A stretch of DNA of 64,000 bases from an uncultured Alphaproteobacteria bacterium (GTDB lineage: Bacteria > Pseudomonadota > Alphaproteobacteria > RF32 > CAG-239). The stretch is taken from positions 10,915-74,914 of the forward strand of contig CALXTL010000008.1 of assembly GCA_944391445.1 (NCBI GenBank), given 5' to 3'. Position numbers and translations under genes: made by a program. Positions 10,901-19,571 of the stretch are shown here, one piece after another (within the stretch, counting starts at the first letter, position 1; each line of letters opens with the position of its first letter). The notes below the pieces were generated by a model that made no database searches, was not told the DNA's origin, and saw only the letters and a list, made by a program, of their open reading frames with translations.

Positions 10901-12242
10901 CATCGGGCGATGCCAAAGCGACAGGAACTTCGCCCTCACCGCATTTTTCGGCACCCAGTGTCTGCAATTCGGTGTCGCTGAAAGTCGTGTCCGCGGGAAC
11001 AATGTCATATTCATCTCCGCAGCCACAGGCGTAAACATAGCCAATGCTCAGATTGCTGATGGCGTCGCAGGAAGCCTTGCCGGGCACGGCACAACGGTAT
11101 TTTTCTTTTGTTCCGCCGACAAAACTTGAGTTGAACGGGGTGGCATTATCGGCGCAGGCAGACATCAAAAGGACATCATCTCCCGTCGTCGGCGATGTAT
11201 TAATATTGCTGTTATTAAGTTGGTGCCAACCCACAGAATCACAATAAATTGTGTTCATCATCGTCATGTCGGTGGCTGAGCATAACGGATAACCGCATTG
11301 CCGACGATATTTATTACCGGGAACATAGCTACCGCCCTGCAATTTGTTTTCTGCCGTGCAGGGATTGTCTGTCAGCGGACGTTCACCCGGATTTGAGCAA
11401 CTTGGCGTGGCATCGAAATCCGCCATATAATCAGCCGTGCTGCATTGACACAAATTTGTGCCGCCGCCACAAGTCAGCCCTTGCGGCGTGCCGTTATATT
11501 CGGAACAGTCTCCGCTGCTTTGCCGATATTGCGGATATAACTCCTGCATGGTTGCGCAGCTTTCGTCGCATTGCCACATGTAATCGGCTTCCGAATTGCT
11601 CCAACACTGAATGACGCGGCCGTTGCAGGCTCCGACATCCGCCTGGTCAGGCACCGCGGTTGAATAACCGGCAGAAGCCTTACAATTAGAGAGGCATTGC
11701 GCCGAAGCCGGAATGTAGGTTTCGTTTTTGGAATTGGTGCAGGCATCGCCCGGCGCCGGAAACTGATTTTGCGAACTGTCGCAGGTTTTTGTATAATTGC
11801 TGTCACAAATACAATTATATTTTCCTTCCGTGCCGCAAGCTTGCGCGGTGGCTCCCTGCTGCGTACATTCCGCGGCTGTTGCTTTGGCTCCGCTGTCACA
11901 AGCCGGATTTTCGGCATTTGCAGCCACCGGAGCTTTGCAAGTATACTTTCCGCCATCGCAAGGCGTGGCTATTGCACCGAAACTAATTCCAAGTGCGGCA
12001 TTGCAACCTTCCGGCGTGTCTGCCGTGACCGTGCCGCAGATTACTCCAGAGGTCGTCGAAGTGTGCGAACCATCCGAAGCAGACATCACCGCCCCCGAAC
12101 GGTTGGAAAAAACGGTTTCGGAAATATTCGTTACCCCGGCCCAGGCCAATCTGGACAAAACCAGAGCACATACGCCAAGAAAAACCAATCGCTTCAATTG
12201 CGGCATATTACAGGCACCCGATAAAACTTGTTTTAAATGCAT
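4935..12242 (-). CDS. Giant secreted cysteine-rich tandem-repeat protein (2435 aa); no family assignable by eye
   Basis: Single uninterrupted 7308-nt ORF. Sec-type signal MPQLKRLVFLGVCALVLSRLAWA/GV (alternative start at 12206). About 12% Cys in a hand-counted sample. At least 12 C-x-C-P-x-x-[YFW] landmarks. No TM segment or recognisable C-terminal anchor. Confidence 0.85.
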   Translation of the reverse strand: MHLKQVLSGACNMPQLKRLVFLGVCALVLSRLAWAGVTNISETVFSNRSGAVMSASDGSHTSTTSGVICGTVTADTPEGCNAALGISFGAIATPCDGGKYTCKAPVAANAENPACDSGAKATAAECTQQGATAQACGTEGKYNCICDSNYTKTCDSSQNQFPAPGDACTNSKNETYIPASAQCLSNCKASAGYSTAVPDQADVGACNGRVIQCWSNSEADYMWQCDESCATMQELYPQYRQSSGDCSEYNGTPQGLTCGGGTNLCQCSTADYMADFDATPSCSNPGERPLTDNPCTAENKLQGGSYVPGNKYRRQCGYPLCSATDMTMMNTIYCDSVGWHQLNNSNINTSPTTGDDVLLMSACADNATPFNSSFVGGTKEKYRCAVPGKASCDAISNLSIGYVYACGCGDEYDIVPADTTFSDTELQTLGAEKCGEGEVPVALASPDAGLTNTNICVWDAQTSIKSGDTSGRGTNGSADQLDPSRFRYNTDKCLRVCTDVEAGFAERTGDSCANNQTPGSCALEAGQTTFAAFGVSVPVYYEHKYCGCPLDEEGNNLYHDSCPQGYYLGGKTCNNGSTLLYQYCLKPCVNADGAKSSPWNSADTNCGFAQNMGTLEEYEKGEDANVEDVYYACFTSDKASEVSVQCHCPDDYSTNEECAADGKIGTGTTCDLDRYLNPETKYETCSLECPSSDVATLKPSQEGCKFEDPAFNVNITRAVECFTADDASTLQYQCLCPDSYESKVEHCGGSYTPLGVTCDSNCRDCMNRTVGIGKPCTFESKITGTPNDEVYMYHGALGWGESCSWLQEQSGNNLTIIPSSSSCPYTDNKTCYEDADTQKKVCSCPSDYQTLEEFCNNKEADCMVSYVGVGTPCELDVVGSEKQIKYASFGRKCPDASERPVFDSADSCAIGDISGSSEACYEEGNNGAQKYICTCPESFGRTCEDTAQIRGGAVCSLETNDPNAFKYEKCLPQCQNTSTTPVVANPESCPLVDGFQSNTEEQCFNKMGDAEANYACRCPKGQNYQTLAEYCQNGVTVGGVAYTREECLSLFTGVGTPCTYDEVGVNKYRSFSIICPTDRPVLNSAQDCTTSSIPGEVDYFCYDRDNPNQQRVVCKCPESWVDVQGNSGGVPKCTDNEEPAGQTCNFDGSKIIKYEGCFTRCDKLSSNGQGVTYLDEENNSKQECTNLLGDGATLGIDGDGGACSRNNTLMYPCYCSSSYTEKCLNSDNEAPAPNALACTINGTTWYETCVNNECADESATIARIPDTDAGVSADLLCQRKFGQGASGKRCGEKEVECSCNPREYSETCEYPYKAPDTNDYCVYSSNGGLMNGGKKHYAPGACIVEPELAKCGKYILNADGSKNTSYTIKTATTEAACRSLYGTGAQAQLCEYEENVNLRAYNCYYDVGAYVWTEDNCPVRHVLGEDYIIHNGVKRYKSCDCHSAYKYHKYNCAGMLSGSACTQKIGNVSDATLAGMNPETELSFYPYCQCTADFNQICDGERYVGVGEPCNGKYRACECKPDPLPENWADNYYGCPGGKKPTGVTKPNGCGGKYYQCSVTECTWQHSETCPAPLIGVDPCQDNEGNIGGYKSCKCPDGYVICPVGTVGEGEPCLLKGKYYYQESNCVSESKCSHGESLTCTEPLQIGVNPCTRNGITYFEYCVCASGYNKKCDGDNEVGIGDYCELNGTKFYAACDNPSMTCTSEHKLSCDKNQTSYDPCVNADNQVMYKCKCPTNYLKCEEAGPAEGADSCTDVNGTVYSACAISNGCSEFQLNMYKECSEFQVGSGGSCINPEGKTLFAECKETSECRANGYQYTCQGYDDSIQGDACIDENGNKLYKQCKCPDSYVECTGKNNTKGQSCTPLNANGTTGTTVYESCTCDASIYKYTCEADTDAGNVGIVKGSGKECTYKDANGNEVTKYETCSCNAKYKYTCTGNGQVGDENDYCQTAPGNAPLYQQCTCRSEYNQTCSLEENPGLTKPSDANKACTPQNTEDDTTKYSACECGAQYTLSCNSQGQLKSDTNFCRPDISNPNYLLYSFCDCDAIYQYDCRPTGANQGITKPSGTTESCLKQRYENDILQGVEYFRSCQCKPEYNKTCSGTYEGKTLTYDLYVGLSADYCEIADSSEGSLTTVRTYKKCQCPDNFITCPEGTEAPAAPADGEVCVDVSASGVVTTKYLEGTCQCVPVSPGDDYTAANLQDTNAINRDGATIAANKLSASNQAALKQIFLQYCKHQNNGLVKSDGCGNLYYKCLIDPDTYMYTKENCEKPKTLQGQPETKSGWNGSVTMYNTCDCPSDWYSQETCNARAATVGNKCQISGEKNKSGSYVVCANIYNGSQQALKLYGESCVKNDGTVVQQYCECNLDVFTYKYTGISPNKSCIDDGVDDKVNHRVWVCYFDSVTTKNIVCPSCRTCSWNNVTSSRYQVSRSWEDV
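5823..7475 (-). repeat. Short-period (~40-55 aa) Cys/Tyr-skeleton tandem modules within the giant ORF (residues ~1590-2140)
   Basis: Consecutive units share the pattern Y-x2-C-x-C-x3-[YF]-x2-3-C-x9-20-C-x8-17-Y-x1-3-C-x-C. An example is YESCTCDASIYKYTCEADTDAGNVGIVKGSGKECTYKDANGNEVTKYETCSC followed by NAKYKYTCTGNGQVGDENDYCQTAPGNAPLYQQCTC. Confidence 0.7.
8883..10307 (-). repeat. Long-period (~95-105 aa) super-repeats within the giant ORF (residues ~646-1120)
   Basis: Units are bounded by CHCPDDY, CLCPDSY, CSCPSDY, CTCPESF, CRCPKGQNY and CKCPESW. Residues 842-938 and 1016-1120 align clearly: YQTLEEFC/YQTLAEYC, VGVGTPCELD/TGVGTPCTYD, KCPDASERPVFDSADSC/ICPTDRPVLNSAQDC. Confidence 0.7.
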
Positions 12243-12250
12243 TCGGTTTA

Positions 12251-12278
12251 ATAATAATCATTTCCGCTATTATTGCAA
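12251..12278 (-). promoter_or_regulatory. Candidate sigma70-type promoter of the giant gene
   Basis: Read on the minus strand: TTGCAA (-35), a 16-nt spacer, TATTAT (-10). The -10 ends 8 nt upstream of the first ATG (12242). Confidence 0.35.
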
Positions 12279-12340
12279 TTGCTAAAATAAGCGCGAGGGA
12301 GTTTTTCCACAGATTTGGACAAAAACATTTTGTGCGCATT

Positions 12341-12370
12341 AAAAAGGCGGAGAAAATCCCCGCCTTTTCG
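12341..12370 (-). terminator. Rho-independent terminator after RND pump 1
   Basis: Minus-strand transcript aaggcgg-ggattttct-ccgcctt followed by a T-run, 16 nt after the RND stop codon. Confidence 0.6.
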
Positions 12371-12385
12371 AAAAATGACTGCTTT

Positions 12386-15300
12386 TTAGTCTGTTTCAGC
12401 AGCTTGATTTTGACCGCTGACTTTTTCACGAATCGTTTCAAATAATACGTAAAGCAACGGAATCATAATCAAACCGGCAGCCGTACCCAGCAACATGCCC
12501 CAAAAAACAGGGATGCCAATGGCAATTCGGCTGGAAGCGCCCGCACCGGTGGCAATAATCATCGGGAAAACACCCAAAATGAACGTAAATGCCGTCATCA
12601 AAACCGCACGGAACCTCTCTTTGGTTCCGGTCATGGCCGCCCGGACAATGCTGGCACCTTTCTCACGCTCTTCTTTTGAAAACTCAACAATCAGAATCGC
12701 GTTTTTGGAAGCCAGACCAACCAACAGAATCAACCCCAACTGAGCATAAATACTCAACGGTAAGCCCGCGACAAACAGGCCGGCCATTGCGCCGAGCATG
12801 GCTACGGAAACCGACATCAAAACAGGAATCGGCATCGCCCAGCTTTCATATTGTGCCACCAAAAACAGATAGCCGAATGTGATCGCCAAAGCCAACAAAT
12901 AGCCAATTTGACCGCCGCTGGCTTTCTCCTGATAGCTGATGCCCGACCATTCATAGGTGAAACCGGACGGCAGCTTGGTTGACAATTCTTCCAGCGCGTT
13001 CATCGCTTCACCCGTACTATAAGCAGAGTTTTGAACCGCGGTCACCGTCGCGCTCGGATACTGATTGTATCGCGTCACGACACGCGGCGCCAAGACTTTG
13101 CGCATATTGATGACACTGCCCAGCGGCACCATCTCGCCGTTTTGATTCTGGACATAGAGTTTCTTAATGCTGTCAATATCTTTACGATACGGCCAGTCTG
13201 CCTGAATCATCACCTTATTAACCTGCGTACCGAAGTTGACATCGTTGACATAGCTTGAACCGAGATAATTCTGCAATACGGAAAAGATGCTGCCAACGCT
13301 GACCTTCAGAGCCTCGGCCTTGACGCGGTCAATATCAATATAAATATTCGGTGTTTTGGCCGTGTAGGTTGTATAGGCATATGAGACTTCCGGCGCTTGA
13401 TTGATCATGGCCAGCGCATTCTGCAATGCAGAATCAATATGCTGCGGGTCATCCGTCTGAGTCGACAACAAACGGTAATCCATACCACCGCTCATACCCA
13501 AACCCATAATGGCAGGCGGTTCAAACAGCTGAACTTCAGCCTCAGGCAAACCGGAAACCTTGGCACGGATACGGTTGAGAATATTGGTTGAATAAAGTTC
13601 GTCGCCTTTGCGCTGATTCCACGGTTTCAGCGTAATGAACCCCAGAGCAACGTTTTCACCGGAGCCACCGATCATACTGTGACCGGCAACCACCATAACG
13701 CTGTCGACGCCTTCTTCCTCTTTCATCAACGGGTATATTTTGTCAATAAACTTTTGCGTGCGTTCGCGACTGGCGCCCTCTGGCAATTGGATGTTGATCA
13801 TAATCACACCCTGATCCTCATTGGGAATAAAGGACGTCTGGCTCACTTTAAGAAAAGCAAACACGCCGAGCAAAACCAGCCCCAACAGCAATGCAATCAC
13901 CGTGACCTTGCGGGCTATAATTGCCACAATCGACACATAAGTATCCCTTGATTTGCCGATAATCCGGTTAAACCAAAAGAGCGGGCCGCTCAAGCGCGGC
14001 TTCAGCGGACGCAGCAACGTTGCGCACAATGCCGGCGACAATGTCAACGCATTGATACCGGAAAAGGCAACGGATGTGGAAATTGTAATTGCAAATTGCT
14101 GATAAATACGGCCGGTGATACCGCCCATAAATGCAACAGGAATGAAAATGGCCAACAGCACCAATGTTGTCGCGATAACAGCACTCGAGACCTGCTCCAT
14201 CGCCTTGATGGTGGCTTCTTTGGGCGAAAGTTTCTCCGTTTCCATCAGATACAATACACGTTCCACCACAACGATCGCATCATCCACCACCAAGCCGATG
14301 GCCAACACCAAACCAAACAAAGTCAGCATGTTGATGCTATAGCCCAGAGCCAGCATGACGGCAAAAGTCGCAAAAATAGATACCGGGATCGTCAGTGACG
14401 GAACCAATGTCGCCCGCCAATCCTGCAAAAAGATGTAGCAAACGAAAATAACCAGTGCAAAAGTCAGAACCAGCGTGAAGACAACTTCTTCAATTGACGC
14501 TCTGATGTAGTCGGTCGAATCGTAACCGACGATATATTCCATATCTTCGGGGAAACTTTTGGACAAGCGCTCAATCTCAGTCTTGACTGCCGCCATAGCA
14601 TCCAAGGCATTTGCCCCGGCCAGCTGATTGATGGCAATGGCGACATTGGGCGCGTTGTTGAATTTGGAAGAGGCATGGTAACTTTCCTCGCCGATCTCAA
14701 TGCGGGCCACGTCTTTCAAATACACCAAGCCGCCTTGTTCTGCCGTGCGGATAATGATGTTTTTAAAGTCGTCCACCTCATTGACACGGCCCTGAGTTTG
14801 CAAGGTGTATACCATCTGCTGGCTACCGTCGCCGGGCATAGCGCCGACGCTGCCCAAAGAAGGCTGATAGTTCTGGCTTTCAATAGCCGAGGTAATGCTG
14901 GAAAGAGGAATGTTCAGAGCCGTGATTTTATCGGCATCCAACCAAACGCGCATGCTCAGCTTGGATGAATAGACATTAACCTCGCCGACACCGTATACCC
15001 GCGCCAGATTGTTTTTGATGTTGTTCTGGACATAGTCGGCCAGCTCCAACGTGCTGTGTGTGCCTTTGGGCGAACCAATGGTAATAAACCCTAGTGTGTT
15101 GGAAGAGCGGCTGCGCACCGTCAGCCCCTGACGCGTCACTTCCGTCGGCAATTTGCTTTGCGCCTGCTGGATGCGGTTTTGTACCTTGACCTGCGCCATA
15201 TCGCGGTCGACACCGACCTTAAATGTTACCGTTAATTGATAGCTGGAGTTTTCTGAAGAAGAACTCATATAAAGCATATCTTCCACGCCGTTGATTTCTT

Positions 15301-15502
15301 CTTCCAGCGGGATGCCGACGGTTTTGGCCACGACTTCGGCGCTGGCTCCCGGGTAGTCGGCAGAAACGACAACTTCCGGCGGCGTAATTTCAGGGTATAA
15401 CGCAATCGGCAAAGAAAAGACGGAGATCAGACCGGCCAAAGTCAGCACGATGGAGATAACCATCGCAAAGCGCGGTCTTTCAATAAAAATTCTTGAAAAC
15501 AT
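12386..15502 (-). CDS. RND efflux transporter permease (HAE1/AcrB-like), copy 1
   Basis: 1038 aa. N-terminus [25 protein letters not shown]...[14 protein letters not shown]4 motif [15 protein letters not shown]. 12-TM RND architecture. Confidence 0.92.
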   Translation of the reverse strand: MFSRIFIERPRFAMVISIVLTLAGLISVFSLPIALYPEITPPEVVVSADYPGASAEVVAKTVGIPLEEEINGVEDMLYMSSSSENSSYQLTVTFKVGVDRDMAQVKVQNRIQQAQSKLPTEVTRQGLTVRSRSSNTLGFITIGSPKGTHSTLELADYVQNNIKNNLARVYGVGEVNVYSSKLSMRVWLDADKITALNIPLSSITSAIESQNYQPSLGSVGAMPGDGSQQMVYTLQTQGRVNEVDDFKNIIIRTAEQGGLVYLKDVARIEIGEESYHASSKFNNAPNVAIAINQLAGANALDAMAAVKTEIERLSKSFPEDMEYIVGYDSTDYIRASIEEVVFTLVLTFALVIFVCYIFLQDWRATLVPSLTIPVSIFATFAVMLALGYSINMLTLFGLVLAIGLVVDDAIVVVERVLYLMETEKLSPKEATIKAMEQVSSAVIATTLVLLAIFIPVAFMGGITGRIYQQFAITISTSVAFSGINALTLSPALCATLLRPLKPRLSGPLFWFNRIIGKSRDTYVSIVAIIARKVTVIALLLGLVLLGVFAFLKVSQTSFIPNEDQGVIMINIQLPEGASRERTQKFIDKIYPLMKEEEGVDSVMVVAGHSMIGGSGENVALGFITLKPWNQRKGDELYSTNILNRIRAKVSGLPEAEVQLFEPPAIMGLGMSGGMDYRLLSTQTDDPQHIDSALQNALAMINQAPEVSYAYTTYTAKTPNIYIDIDRVKAEALKVSVGSIFSVLQNYLGSSYVNDVNFGTQVNKVMIQADWPYRKDIDSIKKLYVQNQNGEMVPLGSVINMRKVLAPRVVTRYNQYPSATVTAVQNSAYSTGEAMNALEELSTKLPSGFTYEWSGISYQEKASGGQIGYLLALAITFGYLFLVAQYESWAMPIPVLMSVSVAMLGAMAGLFVAGLPLSIYAQLGLILLVGLASKNAILIVEFSKEEREKGASIVRAAMTGTKERFRAVLMTAFTFILGVFPMIIATGAGASSRIAIGIPVFWGMLLGTAAGLIMIPLLYVLFETIREKVSGQNQAAETD

Positions 15503-15506
15503 CTTC

Positions 15507-16667
15507 TTACTCGGCCTCCGTCTTGTTATCTACCAGCGAAGCTTTGACCGACTGTCCGTTCTGAACTTTTTGCAGGCCCTGGATAATAACTTTATCTTCC
15601 GGATTCAGACCTTTGAGGACAACCTGTTTGTCGCCAATCATATCGCCCAAAACAACCCGGCGCTGCTCTGCCACATTGTTGACCACAACCATGACATAGT
15701 TGCCGTGTTCATCTTGCGCCAAAGCTGCCTGCGGGACCAAAATGGCCACCCGCGGCTCACCGGTGCCGATGCGGACGTTGACATAGTTGCCGGGAATAAG
15801 ATACTGCTTGGCGTTGTCATACTCCAAATAAACCGCAATTGTCGCTGTTTCGGCATTGACTTCGTTGTCAGCAAATTGCGAACGAATTTTATTGTTCAGA
15901 ACAGTTCCGTTTGGCAAGATCAACTCTGTGGAAATCGGCTGACGATTGTTGCCGTATGTCTGCCGCATGCTCAGCATTTCTTTATCTGTAACCGAAAAAG
16001 CCACACGGATCGGATCGGTCTGTACAATACGGGCCAAAGTTTGTAAAGTGGAAGATACATAGTTGCCCTCGGTAACCAAAGCTTTACCGATACGTCCGGA
16101 GATAGGCGCTTTGATCTCGGTATAGCCCAGATCAATCTTGGCCAGATCCAAATTAGCTTCTGCCTGTTTGACGGCTGCTTTGGCCTGCAAATAAGTGCTT
16201 TCGGCGGTATCCATGGTTGCCTTGGAAGAAATATTTTCTCTGCTTAGGGATTTCTGACGTCTATAATCCCGCTCGGCGCGGACAAGATTGGCCTTGGCGC
16301 TGTCCAGCTCAGCCTGACGCTGTTCAACCGTTGCAATATAACGATCTTGTTCAATCACAAAAAGAATATCACCTTCGCGAACATAGCTTCCTTCTTGGAA
16401 CAGAACTTTCTCAATATATCCGGTCACTTGAGGAATGAGGTTAACGCTCTTGATCGGCTCTACGCTTGCAATATAAGTCTGTCTCGGCGTGATATCTGCC
16501 TGTTCGACCTGTTGCATAATGACATAAGGTGTCTGGGCACCCATGCCTCCCGTCATCGGAATCTGCGGCGTCAGGCGCCCTTTCAAATACCAACCGAAAG
16601 CAACGCAAAGACCAAAAACGACGACTCTTTTAATAATTGTGCGATTCTTTAATTTACCGACGAGCAT
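15507..16667 (-). CDS. RND efflux periplasmic adaptor (membrane fusion protein), copy 1
   Basis: 386 aa with an N-terminal anchor helix, coiled-coil hairpin region and [13 protein letters not shown] lipoyl-like motif. The stop lies 4 nt upstream of the RND start. Confidence 0.88.
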   Translation of the reverse strand: MLVGKLKNRTIIKRVVVFGLCVAFGWYLKGRLTPQIPMTGGMGAQTPYVIMQQVEQADITPRQTYIASVEPIKSVNLIPQVTGYIEKVLFQEGSYVREGDILFVIEQDRYIATVEQRQAELDSAKANLVRAERDYRRQKSLSRENISSKATMDTAESTYLQAKAAVKQAEANLDLAKIDLGYTEIKAPISGRIGKALVTEGNYVSSTLQTLARIVQTDPIRVAFSVTDKEMLSMRQTYGNNRQPISTELILPNGTVLNNKIRSQFADNEVNAETATIAVYLEYDNAKQYLIPGNYVNVRIGTGEPRVAILVPQAALAQDEHGNYVMVVVNNVAEQRRVVLGDMIGDKQVVLKGLNPEDKVIIQGLQKVQNGQSVKASLVDNKTEAE

Positions 16668-16767
16668 TTTTCCCTCTTCAATACAAAAACGAAACGAGCC
16701 GCGGCTGCATAAAAAAGCATGCAGACCGGCTGCGTTTTATGTACAACAAAATATTTCAACTTGCAAA

Positions 16768-17421
16768 TTATTTCTTTAAGAAATGAGCAGTTTTTTGTTT
16801 AATAAAATATGCTAACGCTTTGTTTATGTCCGGAAATTGCAGGTCGACGAATTTCTCTTTCTGTATGGCGGACGGAGAGATCAGAATCGTGCTCATGCCA
16901 AAAGACTTGGCCATTTTAAGGTTGCGCAGGCTGTCTTCAAACAAAATACTGTTGTGCGGATCCGTTCCCGTTGCCTTAAAAAAAGCTTCAAAGGCAGCCT
17001 TTTGAAATTTGAAACAAAAACCTGAACATTCGGCGTCGAAAATCTGTTCAAACCGACGTTCATTCACTTTTATCTGGCGCAAAGTGTCCCTGACGTGGCC
17101 GATGGTGCTGTCGGTGAATATGAACCGACGGCCGGGCAAGGCTGCCAGCAGACGATCCAGCTCAGGATTGGGGGAAAGATGCGATACGCCAGTGGCGCAG
17201 ATATAATCCATAAACTCCTTTTCAGATATTCCAAACATCGGCTCCATGGCCTGAGCTTCATAATAAAAGCGGCGCAGAATTTTCTCCCGCATTTCCCGCG
17301 ACTGAGCATCGGTGAAGTTTAGTCTTTCAGCAAAAAACTTTTGGATCAAACGCTCGCAGTCATTTTCTACTTCGCCGTTGTCCTGATATAATGTCGCATC
17401 TAAATCAAATACATAATCCAT
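16768..17421 (-). CDS. HAD-superfamily hydrolase (pyrimidine 5'-nucleotidase-like subfamily)
   Basis: N-terminal DxD motif MDYVFDLDATLY, plus FTDS and a distal FEDS acidic motif. The start lies 3 nt after the malQ stop. Confidence 0.7.
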   Translation of the reverse strand: MDYVFDLDATLYQDNGEVENDCERLIQKFFAERLNFTDAQSREMREKILRRFYYEAQAMEPMFGISEKEFMDYICATGVSHLSPNPELDRLLAALPGRRFIFTDSTIGHVRDTLRQIKVNERRFEQIFDAECSGFCFKFQKAAFEAFFKATGTDPHNSILFEDSLRNLKMAKSFGMSTILISPSAIQKEKFVDLQFPDINKALAYFIKQKTAHFLKK

Positions 17422-17424
17422 TGT

Positions 17425-19560
17425 CTAGCGCTCTTTTCTGACGGCACTGATGTTGCGCATGTATCGCTCATCTGTCGGCAAGTCCTCCAGGGCAACCGGA
17501 AGACGTCGGCGCCAGTTCGGATATACATCAATATCCGTCCCGGGAAGATTTTGCTGCTGGTCAACCTGCAATACATCTTCCAACTGCAGCAGAAAGATTT
17601 TGGACGCGCTTTTAGCCATGAAACGGTGCACCGCCTCTTCCAAACCTTCGGGATAATTTTCCCCATACAAATAGTCGCCGCGACGCAAACGATCTTCCGG
17701 CCAGACATGCGCCGCATCCAAAGAATCAAGCAAATGTTTTCGATCTGCTTCGCGCTTATGATAGCAACGGGTTTGTTCTTCATCACTCATCATCCCCAAA
17801 GAATGGGACAAAGCGATATCATATCCGAACCACCACATTTTCAAAGGAGCCATGTCGTGTGTGCCGACAGAAGTCACCGCATCGGACGGATAGTGTTCTG
17901 GCGCATAAAATCCGCCCCATCCGCCGGCAGAGCGTTCGGCCCAAAGCACACTTAGCGAATAGACATGCCGCGCGCGCAATGCGTCAATAAAACCTTCCGG
18001 CACATTACCTATACTCTCGCCAACAATCAGACAACGGTGCAAACAGCTTTCCAACGCAAGCAGATTCAGCATATCGGCAAACGGGTAGTATATGTAAGTG
18101 CCGCTTTGCCTATCGTCGGGAATGACAAACAACCGCATCAGACTCATAACATGATCCAGTCTGATTGCTCCGGCATTTTTCATATTGGCACGCAAAACTT
18201 TGATGAACGGCTCATACTGAAGTTCCTTAAGACGCTCGGGTGAAAAACAACCCAGCCCCCATTTCTGTCCGCCCGGGAAAAATGCATCCGGAGGCGCGCC
18301 GGCTCCCACATGCGGCAAAAAGACGTTTTGATTACTCCAAAATTCAGCGCTGTCCTTGCCGACGCCGACAGCCAAATCGCGATAAAAGCCTATCTGCAGG
18401 CCGCATTTCTCAATCTCTGAGCGGGCAAGCGCAAATTGACGCGCGGCTTCAAACTGCATAAATTTGAAAAAGCCGATCCGGCGACGGTGCTGCATGACAT
18501 ATTCGCCGACCGCGGCATTGTCCGGTGCGCGCAATTCCTCCGGCCAAGCAGGCCAGCCACCCCACACGGTTTTGGTTTTTTCTTCATAAATAGCCTGAAA
18601 AGCGGCCAAATTATCCAGCTCGCGTCCTTCACGGTTGCAAAAATCGCAAAATTCGGCATACCGACCGCTTTCTTTATGTGCCAGCATTCGTTCATAACAA
18701 AGTTCCAGAAAACGGGTTTTCAAGCGGTAGATTTTATCATAATTAATAAACTCCTCGCGCTTGACGGCGGCAATTTCTGCCGCGGCGCTTTCCTTATCCG
18801 CGGCGGTAAATTCCGGGACGTTCTCGAGATCAATATAAATCGGATTCAGAAACAGGCGGCTGATCGACTGGTACGGACTGGCGTTTTCAGGATAATCATG
18901 CGCCAGCGTATTGAGCGGATTGAGGCCAATAACCGATGCGCCGCTGTCCGCCGCTAATCTGACCAAAGCGCTTAAATCTGTAAAATCTCCCACGCCCCAG
19001 TTGCGTTTGGAATTGATTGCATAAAGCTGGACGGCGAATCCCCAGGTTTTCTGCTCAAGCACCGGCGGCTCATAACCATGCTCCGGTGCGACAGCCAGCA
19101 TTGAACGATAGTTCTTTTCTGCCAGACGAACCGATAAAACATAATAACCAATGGCCAGCGGCGTCGTTATACGGTAAGTCTGCTTGCGGTAATATATATC
19201 ATTCAGGCAGCGTGTCTGCATTTCACCAACGGGACAAAACTCAGCTTCCACTTTTTGATTGTCACCGTCAAACAGCAACAAACAAGATATTTCTTCGGTT
19301 GCCGGAAAAACAACATCAAAAATGACATCTTCCCGCACACAGACGTATATGCTCTCAAGCACTTTTTGCCAGCGGCGATTTTGCCAACGTTCAAGACCGG
19401 CCGATATTTCTTCCGCTGTCGCGCAAGCATAGCCCAGATCATTCAACACAAATCTGACGATATTTTCGTCAACATCGTAATCTCGTCGGCTTAGTCCGGC
19501 ATCGCTGAAATGAGCGGCAACGCCGACGGCTTCAGCCAATTGTTGCAATGGTTCAGACAT
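17425..19560 (-). CDS. malQ: 4-alpha-glucanotransferase (amylomaltase)
   Basis: 711 aa. GVGDFTDLSALVRLAADSGASVIGLNPLN and RLDHVMSL motifs are typical of GH77 MalQ. Confidence 0.9.
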   Translation of the reverse strand: MSEPLQQLAEAVGVAAHFSDAGLSRRDYDVDENIVRFVLNDLGYACATAEEISAGLERWQNRRWQKVLESIYVCVREDVIFDVVFPATEEISCLLLFDGDNQKVEAEFCPVGEMQTRCLNDIYYRKQTYRITTPLAIGYYVLSVRLAEKNYRSMLAVAPEHGYEPPVLEQKTWGFAVQLYAINSKRNWGVGDFTDLSALVRLAADSGASVIGLNPLNTLAHDYPENASPYQSISRLFLNPIYIDLENVPEFTAADKESAAAEIAAVKREEFINYDKIYRLKTRFLELCYERMLAHKESGRYAEFCDFCNREGRELDNLAAFQAIYEEKTKTVWGGWPAWPEELRAPDNAAVGEYVMQHRRRIGFFKFMQFEAARQFALARSEIEKCGLQIGFYRDLAVGVGKDSAEFWSNQNVFLPHVGAGAPPDAFFPGGQKWGLGCFSPERLKELQYEPFIKVLRANMKNAGAIRLDHVMSLMRLFVIPDDRQSGTYIYYPFADMLNLLALESCLHRCLIVGESIGNVPEGFIDALRARHVYSLSVLWAERSAGGWGGFYAPEHYPSDAVTSVGTHDMAPLKMWWFGYDIALSHSLGMMSDEEQTRCYHKREADRKHLLDSLDAAHVWPEDRLRRGDYLYGENYPEGLEEAVHRFMAKSASKIFLLQLEDVLQVDQQQNLPGTDIDVYPNWRRRLPVALEDLPTDERYMRNISAVRKER

Positions 19561-19571
19561 GAGCGGCTCCT

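Noticed and set aside
5220-12285. Many long plus-strand ORFs (up to 189 aa, e.g. 5532-6050, 6396-6923, 7308-7877, 11697-12224) antisense to the giant gene.
   Set aside because: They are a composition artefact. The sense protein is very poor in Leu/Ser codons TTA/CTA/TCA, whose reverse complements are stops, so the antisense frames stay open. Their translations are low-complexity (R/A/F/I-rich) with no starts, RBSs or motifs.
12386-15502. The RND pump next to the Cys-rich giant might be a heavy-metal (CzcA-type) exporter, forming a metal-handling system with a thiol-rich protein.
   Set aside because: The TM4 motif [15 protein letters not shown] and overall similarity are HAE1/AcrB-like, not the HME-type DFG..VDGA.V pattern. 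A terminator plus promoter separates the genes.
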